A DNA stretch of 64,000 nucleotides from an uncultured bacterium (GTDB lineage: Bacteria > Verrucomicrobiota > Verrucomicrobiia > Verrucomicrobiales > DEV007): contig CAXBMO010000006.1 of NCBI GenBank assembly GCA_963977015.1, positions 192,001-256,000 on the forward strand, written 5' to 3'. Shown here piece after piece: positions 29,632-43,188 of the stretch. The position numbers were made by a program, and so were the translations under genes. The notes below the pieces were generated by a model that was given only the letters and a program-made list of their open reading frames with translations, was not told the origin of the DNA and did no database searches. Position 1 is the first letter of the stretch. Every line of letters begins with the position of its first letter.

Positions 29632-32600
29632 ATGAAAGATTCGACTTCTTCTCCAGGCGGTTCGGGGCCGGTTGCCGTTATTGCCGTCCATGGAGTGGCG
29701 GATCAATCCAAGGATGAAACCGCGGTGACCGCCGCCAACCTGCTCCTCTACGCGGATAATTTGGGCGAAGATGGCGAGGATTGTTCCAAGGCGCACTATG
29801 CGGGTTTCGAGCAAGAGAAGATCCGGGTTGCGGTTGAACCGTTGGATGTTTCGGGAATGGGCGACGAGACTTCCTGGCAGAGCCAACTGCGCGATCACCT
29901 GATTGATTACTCGGGTGAAGGGACCAAAGGTTCCTACGAAACGGTGAGAATGGAGGGCCATCGCTACACCAAAACGTCGAACAACGCGGCACCGAAATTG
30001 GATCGAGGCGTGCATGTTTATGAGATGCATTGGGCGGATGTGAGCCGGCTCAAAATCGGGTTCCTCAATATTTTGGTAGCGCTCTATCGACTGTTGTTTG
30101 AGGCATCGTGGCTGGGGCAGCAGACGATTGGTCCGTGGGCGTCGTCCGCCAAGGACGTGGGGCGATTCAGCTATTTCACATCGTTTCGCGGCCTGATGCT
30201 GCTGCTCCATACCATTGCCCGGGTGATCTTGACCCGGTTTATGCTGCCCATTTACCTGATCATGATCGCGATGTTGACGTTGACGGCGATCCCGGTGGTG
30301 GAGACGGATTGGGCCCAGCGAATGCTGGGGGGATTGGGAGGATACGCAGGGCTTCTGGCACTCTTTACGGTGGCCATCGTGGCAGTGGTCCTGGTGCTGA
30401 CGGCGTCGCACTTCTGGCAGAGCATCCCGTGGCCTCCCGTTTTTGTGCTGGTGGCGATCTTGAGCTTTTTCGCCTGGATTTTTGTGTTTGCCGCGCTTCA
30501 GATCGAAGGTGAATTTGGCACCTGGTGGGCGGAATCCGGAGTGGCGTTGGTGCTCTGGGGCGTGATCTGCCTGCTGATTTACTTTCTGCTTGTCCCGGCA
30601 CTCAACAATCGCTACCCGGGGAGTCGGCTTGTGGTCTGCCTGCTGCTCACCTACTTTACGGCCGGATTGATCCTGGGGCTGATGCGGGAAACGGAGTGGC
30701 CTCTGGCGATGAGCGCCTCGTTGTTCGCCCTGAGACTGGGGTTTGCTCTCATCCCGATTCTCTGGATCATTCTGGCGACGTCGGCCAATCTCTTTTTCGT
30801 CCTGGCAGTCATCGAATTGATCTCGCTGAGACTGAGACCGTGGAAGGACAAGGAAGTTCTCCGGAGAAAACGAGCCCGCCTCCACACCGCGATGATTTCC
30901 CTCGCGCTTCCGGTGCTCCTCATCAGTTTCTTCAACTCGACCTTTTTCCTGCTCGCGTTGTTTCCGGTCAAATCCGGACTGGTGGATGGAGCGGTGCCGA
31001 TTCCCGGCCGCACCGGCGATGCCCCGGCTCAAATTGCCACCGTCGCCAATTTTGTGGAAGCCCACATCGAACCTTTCGCAGACAGGTTCGCCAATCTCCC
31101 GAATTTCCGGAGATGGACCGAAGAGAACCATGGCCAAGACGCGGTCTTCTCGGAATATGTGAATTCGGCCTCAGCGAAAATGGTGATTCCGTTTCTCGAG
31201 GCGATTTTCATGGTCGTCTTGCTGGTGTTGGGCTATTCCGCCTGGACTCTGGCGCCGGCTGCTTTGGCGGAATCTGCTCGCTGGACGACGAAGGACGATC
31301 CTGATCGGTGGGATTCCGTTTCCCAGTCGTTGGGAAAGAACCTGTCCCGAGGTTATAGCTGGTTGTGGGCAGGTCAGGTGGTGCTGATTGGCTGCCTGTT
31401 CGCGACTCAGGTGCTGTTTGTTTACCGGAGCATCCGGTCCAAAGCCGACCTTGAAGTAGAAACGCGTCCGTTTGCGGTCCTCTTTGATCAATTTCTCGGT
31501 CTGACATCCTTCACTGAAAGCGTGGATGATCTGGAGATTGTCGCTGCGACTGCCAATATTCCTGATTCTGGCGGAGTTGCCGCCGCCGCCGAGGGGAGAA
31601 TTGAGCTTCCCGAACCGGTCGCTTCTCCGTCTCCGCGTCCCGAACCAACGAGACGCATCGAGCGAATCCAGCCGGTCAATCCTCGGCAATCGCCGATACA
31701 GTCTCAGGTTCAGCAAGCGGCTCCCATTCAACAACAGAGGATCGATGCGTTGGCCTACCCGGAGCAGAAGCTCTACCTGAAACGGGCCAAGATCGGGAAC
31801 ATTGAGCGTCAGGAAACCCGGGAACGCATTGAGGAAATCCTTCAGCAACACGAAGAGGAGATCCAGAAAAAGAAGGGATCTCCAACCAAGGGGGACGCGC
31901 CCAATGATCGCCCTCCGAATGCGGCGCCCGGAGCCAACGATGCGCCGGATGCTCCGGCCGCTGACGAACTCGGAATGGCGGAAAAGTTGAAAGTGAAGAC
32001 GCTTACGGAATTTGTCCTGTTTCTCAACAGCGGTCCTCTCACCAGTGCCTTTGGCGTCACGGTTTTGATCCTTGCGCTCGGTTATCTCTTTTTCTCCCGG
32101 ATTGTCGACCCCGTCATTTCAAGTCTGCGTGGAGGGTTGGATATTGCCCTCGATGTTGTGAATTATCTCCGCCCGGTCCCACGGGATGGGACCTTCCGTG
32201 CCCGAATCCTCAGCCGATTCGCGTCGCTGCTCAAATACGTCGTGGATTGGCGCGACCCGCAGAATCCGGAGGTGCGCTACTCCCGGATTGTGATCCTCGC
32301 CCACAGTCAGGGCACCGTGATTTCCTCTGACATTCTGCGCGCCCTTTCCAAGGGCAGTGTGGCACAAGACAACGGTTTGGAAGTGCTTCGTCGTGATCCG
32401 GATTCAAACGACTGGATTCCGATTCGTCTTTACACCATGGGCAGTCCTCTGCGCCAGCTCTACGCGGCGCGTTTTCCGGATCTTTTCGCGTGGAACAGTT
32501 CCGAAGATCCCCGGACTCATCATCGCGGTCTGGAAGCCTGGTGGAATGCGTATCGCAGCGGAGACTATGTCGGGCGGATGCTCTTTCGTGATCTCAAGGA

Positions 32601-32838
32601 CCCGGATGCGTTCGTTCCGGAACGCGATTTCATCATGTCGCAGAACGGAAGGAACATTCCGGTTCGCGAAACCTGCATTGGTCCCGGAGCCCACACCCAT
32701 TACTGGGACGAAACGGCACCGTCCGTCATCCGCGGGCTCGATTACCTGATCGCCTGCGATGATGCCGAGGATCTTGGGAAACCTCGGGAATCGATGGGGA
32801 CGGACTCTAAAGATGGCGATGATGCCATCGTTCCCTAG
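29632..32838 (+). CDS. Polytopic membrane protein with a split alpha/beta-hydrolase (lipase-like) domain
   Basis: N-terminal VIAVHGV; about 10-12 hydrophobic segments; C-terminal AHSQG nucleophile elbow, TMGSPL, DYVG, HTHYW. Confidence 0.75.
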   Translation: MKDSTSSPGGSGPVAVIAVHGVADQSKDETAVTAANLLLYADNLGEDGEDCSKAHYAGFEQEKIRVAVEPLDVSGMGDETSWQSQLRDHLIDYSGEGTKGSYETVRMEGHRYTKTSNNAAPKLDRGVHVYEMHWADVSRLKIGFLNILVALYRLLFEASWLGQQTIGPWASSAKDVGRFSYFTSFRGLMLLLHTIARVILTRFMLPIYLIMIAMLTLTAIPVVETDWAQRMLGGLGGYAGLLALFTVAIVAVVLVLTASHFWQSIPWPPVFVLVAILSFFAWIFVFAALQIEGEFGTWWAESGVALVLWGVICLLIYFLLVPALNNRYPGSRLVVCLLLTYFTAGLILGLMRETEWPLAMSASLFALRLGFALIPILWIILATSANLFFVLAVIELISLRLRPWKDKEVLRRKRARLHTAMISLALPVLLISFFNSTFFLLALFPVKSGLVDGAVPIPGRTGDAPAQIATVANFVEAHIEPFADRFANLPNFRRWTEENHGQDAVFSEYVNSASAKMVIPFLEAIFMVVLLVLGYSAWTLAPAALAESARWTTKDDPDRWDSVSQSLGKNLSRGYSWLWAGQVVLIGCLFATQVLFVYRSIRSKADLEVETRPFAVLFDQFLGLTSFTESVDDLEIVAATANIPDSGGVAAAAEGRIELPEPVASPSPRPEPTRRIERIQPVNPRQSPIQSQVQQAAPIQQQRIDALAYPEQKLYLKRAKIGNIERQETRERIEEILQQHEEEIQKKKGSPTKGDAPNDRPPNAAPGANDAPDAPAADELGMAEKLKVKTLTEFVLFLNSGPLTSAFGVTVLILALGYLFFSRIVDPVISSLRGGLDIALDVVNYLRPVPRDGTFRARILSRFASLLKYVVDWRDPQNPEVRYSRIVILAHSQGTVISSDILRALSKGSVAQDNGLEVLRRDPDSNDWIPIRLYTMGSPLRQLYAARFPDLFAWNSSEDPRTHHRGLEAWWNAYRSGDYVGRMLFRDLKDPDAFVPERDFIMSQNGRNIPVRETCIGPGAHTHYWDETAPSVIRGLDYLIACDDAEDLGKPRESMGTDSKDGDDAIVP

Positions 32839-32842
32839 GGGG

Positions 32843-33097
32843 CTAGGGATTCTTCTTGTAGTGGGCGCGAATTTCTTCCAACCCATCGTGTTCCGTGAGA
32901 GGCAGGGTGGGGCGTCGAACGTTCGAGACTTTGAGCAGCCGCTGAGAGACTCCTTCGACCGCGCCCAGGATTTGATCCCGGGGAATTTCAGGCAGGCGTT
33001 CTTGAAGGTGGTCGGCGATGAGTTTTTCGATGGTTTCCTTGTCCTTGAGAGGATCGAGAAAGCGATCTTCCGCGTTTTGCGCTGATGCTTCGGACAT
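32843..33097 (-). CDS. Small hypothetical protein
   Basis: 84-aa helical ORF starting MSEASAQ, divergent from furA. Confidence 0.5.
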   Translation of the reverse strand: MSEASAQNAEDRFLDPLKDKETIEKLIADHLQERLPEIPRDQILGAVEGVSQRLLKVSNVRRPTLPLTEHDGLEEIRAHYKKNP

Positions 33098-33255
33098 GGC
33101 GCGAAGTTCGGCCAGGCTGGAGGGGTTCACTGCGCAGATCTTGTCCATCATGGTGCCGCAATTGAGTGATCCGGAGGCAGCGGACCATTCATTCAAAATC
33201 CTCTTGCGAGAGGCCGGTTGGAATCCGGTGAACAATCGATCAATGTATCTATTCT

Positions 33256-33289
33256 AGTTCTTGACTCTGTCCAAAACTGGATTCATTCT
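33256..33289 (+). promoter_or_regulatory. furA promoter with overlapping palindromic operator
   Basis: TTGACT-N17-CATTCT; imperfect inverted repeat AGTTCTTGAC-TCT-GTCCAAAACT over the -35 box. Confidence 0.6.
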
Positions 33290-33297
33290 TTGGGAGA

Positions 33298-36149
<2,852 letters not shown>

Positions 36150-36177
36150 TTGACCCTGATCAACAGATCGAATTTGA

Positions 36178-36214
36178 CCAAAGCTGCCTGGAGATATCTC
36201 CGGGCAGCTTTTGG
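36178..36214. terminator. Intrinsic terminator after katG, possibly bidirectional
   Basis: AAAGCTGCCTGGAGA-TA-TCTCCGGGCAGCTTTT. Confidence 0.75.
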
Positions 36215-36301
36215 TTTGGTCGGCCATCCGGTTGAGATTGACGGTTGAACCGAATGGCTCAGGGTCCTCATGGCCCATGGAAGGACGGGCCTTCAGGCTT
36301 C

Positions 36302-37342
36302 CTATTCTTTGGGATAAGGCCGCAGGCCGAGAAGGATCTCGGCTCTTTCCGTAAGAGGTTGGTTCACAAGTGACGGGTCCGTAAATTCGGCGAGCTGGCT
36401 GACAACGAGGTCATAGACGGCCTGGCGACTCTGGCTCGTGTCGATCTCCACACATTGGTTCTCGCTTCGAAAGTATTCAACCGTGGGCAGGGTTTCGTCC
36501 TTGAAGGTGTCGAACCGCAGTTTTACGCTTTCGACATTGTCGTCAGCCCTTCCCGTGTATTTGGCGCGGGCGAGAATCCGCTTTTCGAGAACGGGGTAGG
36601 GACACTCGAAGTAGATCATTTTGGGGAGCTCAGTCTCAGAGCCGAAAATCTCACGCCAACCCTCCAAATTGTCCAAGGAGCGGGGAAATCCATCCAGGAG
36701 AAAATTCCGTTTCCCGGTCGTTCGTGTCACCCGCTCCATCGTGTCTTTGAGCAACGTTACGGTAATTTCGTTGGGAACCAGTTTTCCGGCTTTGACAAAC
36801 TCGGCGATGGTCGCCGCGTTGGGACCGCCCGTTTCCCGTTCGGCCCGGAGGAGATCTCCGGTGGAGAGATGAGTCCATCCGAGTTGAGATTCGGCAAGCT
36901 CGCACATCGTTCCTTTTCCGGCACCAGGGCCTCCGAGAACGAAGACCACGTTTGGCTTGGGACAGGGCTCCCTTGGGTCGGTGTGATGAAGGACAACCTT
37001 GGGAGCCGGCGCGACTCCCTTCTTGTAAACCTGCCAATCCTTGTCCGTCGGTGGCATTGCATCTTCGCAGGTGATCTCGTAGGCGAGATGGCCGTCCAGC
37101 CGACAGATGCGCCAGGAATGGTAGCTGTTGGAATAGGAGAGCGCTGGACTTCGCTCGGATTTCCCGTCGGCTCGATCCCACGCCATCTTTCCGTTCCAAT
37201 AGCCAGGGCTGGAAATGGTTCCCGATTCTGATTTCGCGGGAGGCGCGGTTGAAGGAACGAACAGGCCATCCACTTCGGGAAGACCAGATCCTGACACTTC
37301 AATAAAAAACGTATTTGGCGGGAGTTTGTTGGGTTCGAGCAT
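36302..37342 (-). CDS. UMP/CMP-kinase (adenylate kinase family) with an extra N-terminal domain
   Basis: VVFVLGGPGAGKGT, HLSTGDLLRAE, FLLDGFPRS, short LID (GRADDN); about 125-aa N-terminal extension. Confidence 0.88.
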   Translation of the reverse strand: MLEPNKLPPNTFFIEVSGSGLPEVDGLFVPSTAPPAKSESGTISSPGYWNGKMAWDRADGKSERSPALSYSNSYHSWRICRLDGHLAYEITCEDAMPPTDKDWQVYKKGVAPAPKVVLHHTDPREPCPKPNVVFVLGGPGAGKGTMCELAESQLGWTHLSTGDLLRAERETGGPNAATIAEFVKAGKLVPNEITVTLLKDTMERVTRTTGKRNFLLDGFPRSLDNLEGWREIFGSETELPKMIYFECPYPVLEKRILARAKYTGRADDNVESVKLRFDTFKDETLPTVEYFRSENQCVEIDTSQSRQAVYDLVVSQLAEFTDPSLVNQPLTERAEILLGLRPYPKE

Positions 37343-37512
37343 GATGGTTGGCTGGGACAATTGGACAGGGAAAGGAGAGAGGCCACCTTTTTTGCGGGTT
37401 GCGTCTTCACGTCTGCCCGATTCTCGAACATTCATCATCGCTCCGTAAGGTTTCCAGCCTAGGAGTGGGTCATTCAGATGTTCGTAAATATCTTCAACAA
37501 CCCCATCCTACC

Positions 37513-38595
37513 TTGAAAACCATTCCCCAATTTCTTCCTGTCGTTCTCACGTTGGCGGCTTCAACGCTGGTTCTTAATGCAAACGAGAAAAACAGTCCCG
37601 GTGAACGAATGTTCAAGGAATGGGACAAGAATGGGGACGGCGTTCTGGAGAAAAACGAAGTGCCACCTGGGCCGCGCAAGATTTTCGAGAAGAAAGACGC
37701 AAACGGAGATGGGAAGATCAGCATGGCTGAGCATCTTGGTAGGGAAGGCAAGCCTGCGATGCGCCCGGATAGACCTGGTGACGGGAATTCTGACGCTGCG
37801 TTCTCCATCGGGCAAACCTGGGACCAGGAGCCGCAGGGGTTTGACCGGCCGGTTTATGTGAGCGAGCCAGGTTCGAAACGTGGCCGTGTTCCCGTTGTGA
37901 TCTTCTTCCACGGAGCCGGAGGCAATGCCGGTGGCCAGATTAAAAACTGGGCCCAACTCTTTCCCGATCGCCTCGTGGTGGCTCCCCAGGGCTACCGCAA
38001 GGGCTGGAATATCCAGGGCGAAGATACCAACGCTCCTGACATCGAGTTCTTTAAGGCGGTGATCGCAGAACTGGAGAAACGCTATGACTACGCAGACATG
38101 GACAACGTTTCCCTGATTGGATCTTCCAATGGTGCCGCCTACATCTATCGCATCATGATCGAAGTCGGGGAAGATCTCTTCAGGAATGCCGTCCCGATGG
38201 TGTCATCCTTGTTGGAGGTACAATATAATAGTGACACCTTCTGGATGCCATCCGGCGATACCGATCACTATGATACCGAGGCCGATCCCGTGGGCGGACG
38301 CAGGATACTCTATCTTCATGGGACTGAAGACCGGGTGGTTCCCTTTGACGGAGGGTTGCGAGGACGGTTCGAACATCTCTCTGCGCTGGAAACCGCGTTG
38401 ATCTGGGCGCGGGAGCAGGGATACGCCGGCGAAGACATCGACCGCAACGACGGCAAAGACCTTGGAGACGGCCTGACGCTTTACGAATACGCCGGCTCAA
38501 ACGTCACGTTTGTCGCGGTTGAGGAAAGTGGGCACGGCCTGCAACCGCATCGTGACGCGGCAATGGATTACATTCAGAAGTTCCTGAATCAATAG
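37513..38595 (+). CDS. Exported EF-hand plus alpha/beta-hydrolase (PHB depolymerase/LpqC-like esterase)
   Basis: Signal peptide from a TTG start, DKNGDG and DANGDG EF-hands, FHGAGG, GSSNG, HGTEDRVVP. Confidence 0.8.
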   Translation: MKTIPQFLPVVLTLAASTLVLNANEKNSPGERMFKEWDKNGDGVLEKNEVPPGPRKIFEKKDANGDGKISMAEHLGREGKPAMRPDRPGDGNSDAAFSIGQTWDQEPQGFDRPVYVSEPGSKRGRVPVVIFFHGAGGNAGGQIKNWAQLFPDRLVVAPQGYRKGWNIQGEDTNAPDIEFFKAVIAELEKRYDYADMDNVSLIGSSNGAAYIYRIMIEVGEDLFRNAVPMVSSLLEVQYNSDTFWMPSGDTDHYDTEADPVGGRRILYLHGTEDRVVPFDGGLRGRFEHLSALETALIWAREQGYAGEDIDRNDGKDLGDGLTLYEYAGSNVTFVAVEESGHGLQPHRDAAMDYIQKFLNQ

Positions 38596-38795
38596 TCGGC
38601 GCCTGTGAGGCTCTGCAGAACAGAGGTTTGCCACGCGCCCAGCTTTTGCCCCAATTCTTCCGCGATGGCAGGTTTCTGCTCAATGAGATTCATCGTTTCA
38701 GCGGGATCGGTTTGGAGATCGAAGAGTTCGCTGGCGAGCGCGCCTTTCCTCTGATCGTGGATGACCAGCTTCATTCCGCCGTCGATCATCGTCAT
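38589..38795 (-). pseudogene. Orphan C-terminal fragment of a sulfatase
   Basis: KLVIH..ELFDLQTDPAETMNL..LGAW..SVLQSLTGADY is a sulfatase C-terminus; no upstream catalytic domain is present. Confidence 0.7.
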
Positions 38796-38985
38796 TCTGC
38801 GATGGGCGTTTGTGTCGGAACTTGAAAGGCATTTCGGGAACTCGAATCAAGAACCGAAGACCTGGAAACGCGGCAACCGTTCGGTTGTTCACAATTTATT
38901 CACGCTTTTTTGACAGGAGGGTTGACTTTGCGAGCGCCAGTCGATAGACCGATCTTCGAGACTTTGCTGAAACCTAGGGAGGCAC

Positions 38986-41900
38986 ATGCGCTACGTTTAT
39001 CATTCATCATTTTTGGGCAACCTTATCCTGATCGGGATTTTTGCCGCGTTTTTGGGCGGGATTGCTAGTGAATCGTTCGGCCAGGCAAAAGGGAAAACGA
39101 CCCCGAGTTGGAAGCGGAAAAAGGAGCGCAACCAGCCGAGCGCAGTCGTTGAGCGGGTGGATTCTCAAACCCAGCCTGCCTCCTACCTGAGTGCCGAAGA
39201 GTGGAACGTTATTCGCGAGCATCGTCTTCAAAAAGCACGCGAAGATGAGCTCAAGAGATTCGATGAGGAGGAGCGAAAAGCACTGGAGTCCTACCGCAGC
39301 AAACTCCGCAGCGCAGAAATCGAAACTGACATCAAGGGCAAGATTCCTCGCTGGGAAGACCGGGTTGACGATGCCGCCCGCCAGATTGACAAGTGGGGCT
39401 ATGCCTCAGCTACCGGATTGATTTTGGTGGAGGACACTCCGGCTGGTCGCGTAGGATTCGTCAACAACCGGACCTTTGCGGAGAACTTCAATGAAGCGGG
39501 CCGCACCCAGGGAACCGTGGCCAACTCCATTCAGCAGTCGTTCCAAACCGGCCTTGAGGGGGCTTACGGTTCCGACCAGATGGCCGAGTCGAAGAACCGC
39601 ACCAAGTTATTGGACGACGATATCGAACGAGAAGAAAAAGCTCGCCGTGCTGCCAACAAACGGGAATTGGAGCAGCAACAACAGGAACTGGAAAGGGAGA
39701 TTCTCCGGCAGAAGCTGGAAGTGGAGGAAAGCAAGTTCGATCTCAGGCGTGACGCCCTCTACAATCAACTCCAATACCTGGATGGCCGGATTGGACAAAA
39801 ACGGGCCGAGCTGGGACAAGCGCAGGATGAAATCAAGAGACTGGACCGCCAGATTGAGGATCAGACTGCAGTCAAGGAACTGAATGAGCAATTGGATGGT
39901 CCTGAAAACGAGGCCGCGGTCACCAAGGCAACCCTAGAAATCGCCAGATTGGGCAGGCAGAAGACGATTGCCGAAAATATTCGGGACGACGCTGTTGATG
40001 CTCTGGAGGGAACTCTGAGCCCTGCATCGAAAGGGCTTCTCAACCAGCGGGAAGAGGCTGTCAACTCACTAACGGGAGCTCAAGGATCGAGCTCGATCAA
40101 GAAATTGGCGGACGGGGCCGCTGCAGAGATTCCGAGGGGAAGCATCGTTACGGTCGGTCAAAACGGTGAGGTCAAAATTGACACCGAACCGGAACGGAGC
40201 ACCGAAGGTGGCGGACAGAGTAGCGGCGCAACCGCGATCTCTGACCCGACGTTTGGCAAACTCGACCTCCATCACGACGACAACCTGAAGAATCTCCGGG
40301 ACAGCCCGGTTGCGGAACGGTTTCGCGGTCGTGGTGACTTGGTTGATGATTTCGACCGGGCCAACAACGGACTTTCCGTTGACGACCGCCAGACGACCGC
40401 CAGACGATTGCCGCATCGACGAGCGTGGCGGGGCGGCTCCTGGAAATGATGGCGCACCCCACGGGGATGCCGGACAATTCCCGTGCGTTTCTGGGGATTA
40501 CCCAAGTCAGTGTTTCACCGGGATGGAAGACTAATAAGGACTATGTGGCCGAAGTGACGGTGTCGGTGAGTTACGGAACCACATCGCGGAGCGCGGCGAA
40601 GATGAAGGAGATCATCCGGTATCTCGACTATTACGATGAGTTCTATGATTTAGCCAATCTCGCTCAGAAGAATCTAATGAACGGGGAGGTGCTTGACGAC
40701 GAGTCCAAGCAACTGATCTGTGAATACGAGAATAAGCTCGAAATTCTTGATAGAGCCCTCCGGTCTCTCCCGGATGAGTACTATGAGATCTACGAAGCGA
40801 TGGGCGAAAATACCCCAATCGCTGAGTTCGCCAAACTGTTCGATGAAATCGAACTAAGAGACAAGATCGATCGCGTTCAGGGAGCATTGCCGCACGAATA
40901 CGAGGTTCCTCCATTGATCTATTCCGCCTTTCCCTTGGCCAAATCCCAGGTTCTCGACCAGTCGCACAGCTTCCGGGGCATGAAGGAAATGGCCTGGACG
41001 CTTCAGATGCAGGCCATTCAGGCGGGCAACAAAGCCGCGGCGAAGAGTTACGGACGGTTTCTCAAAATGGTCGAACAAGACGTCGCCACGAAAAACGCGC
41101 TTCCGGTAGTCGTTCCAAGTTCAAACGGAAACTTTATCAGCTACCGGTTCGATCCTTCCCTTCACGCTCTTGAGAATCCCAGCGACCGGGAAAGCGGATC
41201 GGCCAAACTTCTCAATGCCATCAGTATTCCCGCTCTTGTCGTCATTGTCTGTCATGAGAATGATCTGGACAAATTCAAGACGGTTCGTCTCCACTCCTCG
41301 ACTCGTTGGATTCCGACCAATGAGAAAGTTCTCCGCGTCATCCCCCGGCCCTTCCGGCGCGCTCAGGCGGAACGCACCATCGGCAATGTCTTTCAACTCG
41401 ATCAAGTTCGTGGAGAACTCTTCGACATCCAACACGAAATTATGGATGAGCTGGGGCGTAAACAGCAATATCGAATCATCCATTCCTATCAGGGGACCTA
41501 CGGGACGCTCCTGAGCCGCGTAAAAGAGTTGTCGCAAAAAGTAGGCACCTCCGTCCTTGATGTGCCACTTCCCGATCAAGCACGATCCAGTGTCCGAATT
41601 AGCCCGGGCTATCTCCCCGTGGCTCAGTTGGATAAAGACAACTTCTTCACCGTTTCCGGGAAGGACCTTGGCAGCTATCGTTCTGGCGTGAAAGGATTTC
41701 TGGGAGGTCAGGAACTTGTGTTGATAGAGGTAGAGACCATCGATACGCTTCTCTTCAAGCTCCCTGCGAGAAGTGTGGAATCCGGGCAGGCGCCCCTCCA
41801 GCCAGGCGTCTATGATTTTGTATTGATCACCGAAAAAGGAGTTCGCAAGGCGCCTGCCTCGGTCAGCATAGGGGTGCGCGTTCCCGGGACACACGCAAGT

Positions 41901-42632
41901 GCCTTGGATGTCGCAAGCGCGGGTGGCACGATTATGTTTAAGGGAGTCGACAAATATGTCTTGGCGAGAACCAGAGCGGAAGTCGCCGGTTACGCTGCTC
42001 GGGAAAAAGCGTTTGGTGATAAAATTAAGGAATTGGACGGGGAAATTACCGCTCTGGACGATGGGGACGACAATCACCCCGGCATCACCGCGCTTCAGAA
42101 AAAGGTCGATGAAAACAAGGCGACCGATGATGAGAAGCGGAAACTCGCAAGCCTGATGGCGACCAAGAAAAAGCTCGAATCAACCAGAAAAACTCAGGAG
42201 GAGAAACTGGACATCGTGGTGAAGGACAAGTCTCTTTACCATGAGGACGAGTCTGTCGCCTACGAAGAATTCAAGATCGCGAGGGTTGGCAACTGGAACG
42301 GGCGAACGGAAGTGAAGCTTGCCATCACACCCAATTCCTCCAATGGCCCGTCCCTGGCTTCAAGCAGTGGTGATACCAACGCCAATTTCAAGATCGTCCA
42401 CAAGGTTGATCCTGCCGATACTTCGAAAGACGTCTACCTGAGAGCGGGGTCGAACACCCTGACCTTCGAAAACGATCAACAAGTACCGAAAGTCATTCTG
42501 ATTGAATGCCAAAAGCGGCAGAAAGAATCGATGTCGGTCAGGCTTCAATTGGTGAAGGAAGAAGGAACTGCCCGGGTAGATGGCAGGTCGGTCGAATTCA
42601 CCGTTCCCAAGGATGAGTTGGCGGAAGACTAA
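38986..42632 (+). pseudogene. Large exported hypothetical protein (coiled coils, IPT/TIG-like region) frameshifted by an 11-bp duplication
   Basis: ORFs 38986-40449 and 40425-42632 join into one 1211-aa frame if one GACGACCGCCA copy (40381-40402) is removed. Confidence 0.75.
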
Positions 42633-42650
42633 TCGACACACCCTGATTCG

Positions 42651-43127
42651 GTGAACTCAAAAAGGCACAACCTAACAGACAACCTGATATTGGGTTTCGC
42701 CGTTCTGCAGCTGTGTGCGATCGGAATGTTGGGATGCAAATCAATGCCGGAAGTTGTGGCGATGGATTCGCAGGCTCACCCTCAACCGCCATTGTTTCTC
42801 GTTGAACATGAGGTAGGTCCATCCGACACGCTGTGGAATCTGGTAAGGCGATACAATCCCGATCTTTCAGAGGGTGAGGAACTGACCGCAAGGGTGAAAA
42901 AATTGCGAGCCCTCAATCGAATTGGGGGTGATTTGGTCTACCCCGGTCAAACGGTGGTGGTGCCCTCCAGTATGAACTTGGTAAGGGCGCCGACTTCCGG
43001 AAGCGGAGGCGATTCCGGTGAAAAGATCAACGAGGGAACGCGTCAGCTTCAAAACCTCACCGGTCAGGCATCGACTGAAATTCGGCATGCCAAGGCCTCA
43101 GAATTTGGTCAACTTTCTGGCGATTAA
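42651..43127 (+). CDS. LysM-domain lipoprotein
   Basis: MLG-C lipobox; HEVGPSDTLWNLVRRY...LRALNRI..DLVYPGQTVVVP LysM pattern. Confidence 0.8.
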   Translation: MNSKRHNLTDNLILGFAVLQLCAIGMLGCKSMPEVVAMDSQAHPQPPLFLVEHEVGPSDTLWNLVRRYNPDLSEGEELTARVKKLRALNRIGGDLVYPGQTVVVPSSMNLVRAPTSGSGGDSGEKINEGTRQLQNLTGQASTEIRHAKASEFGQLSGD

Positions 43128-43188
43128 GCTTTTGATCAACCACTTCATCCTTTAATACTTTCTCTATCACTATCACGCAGGATAGGCA

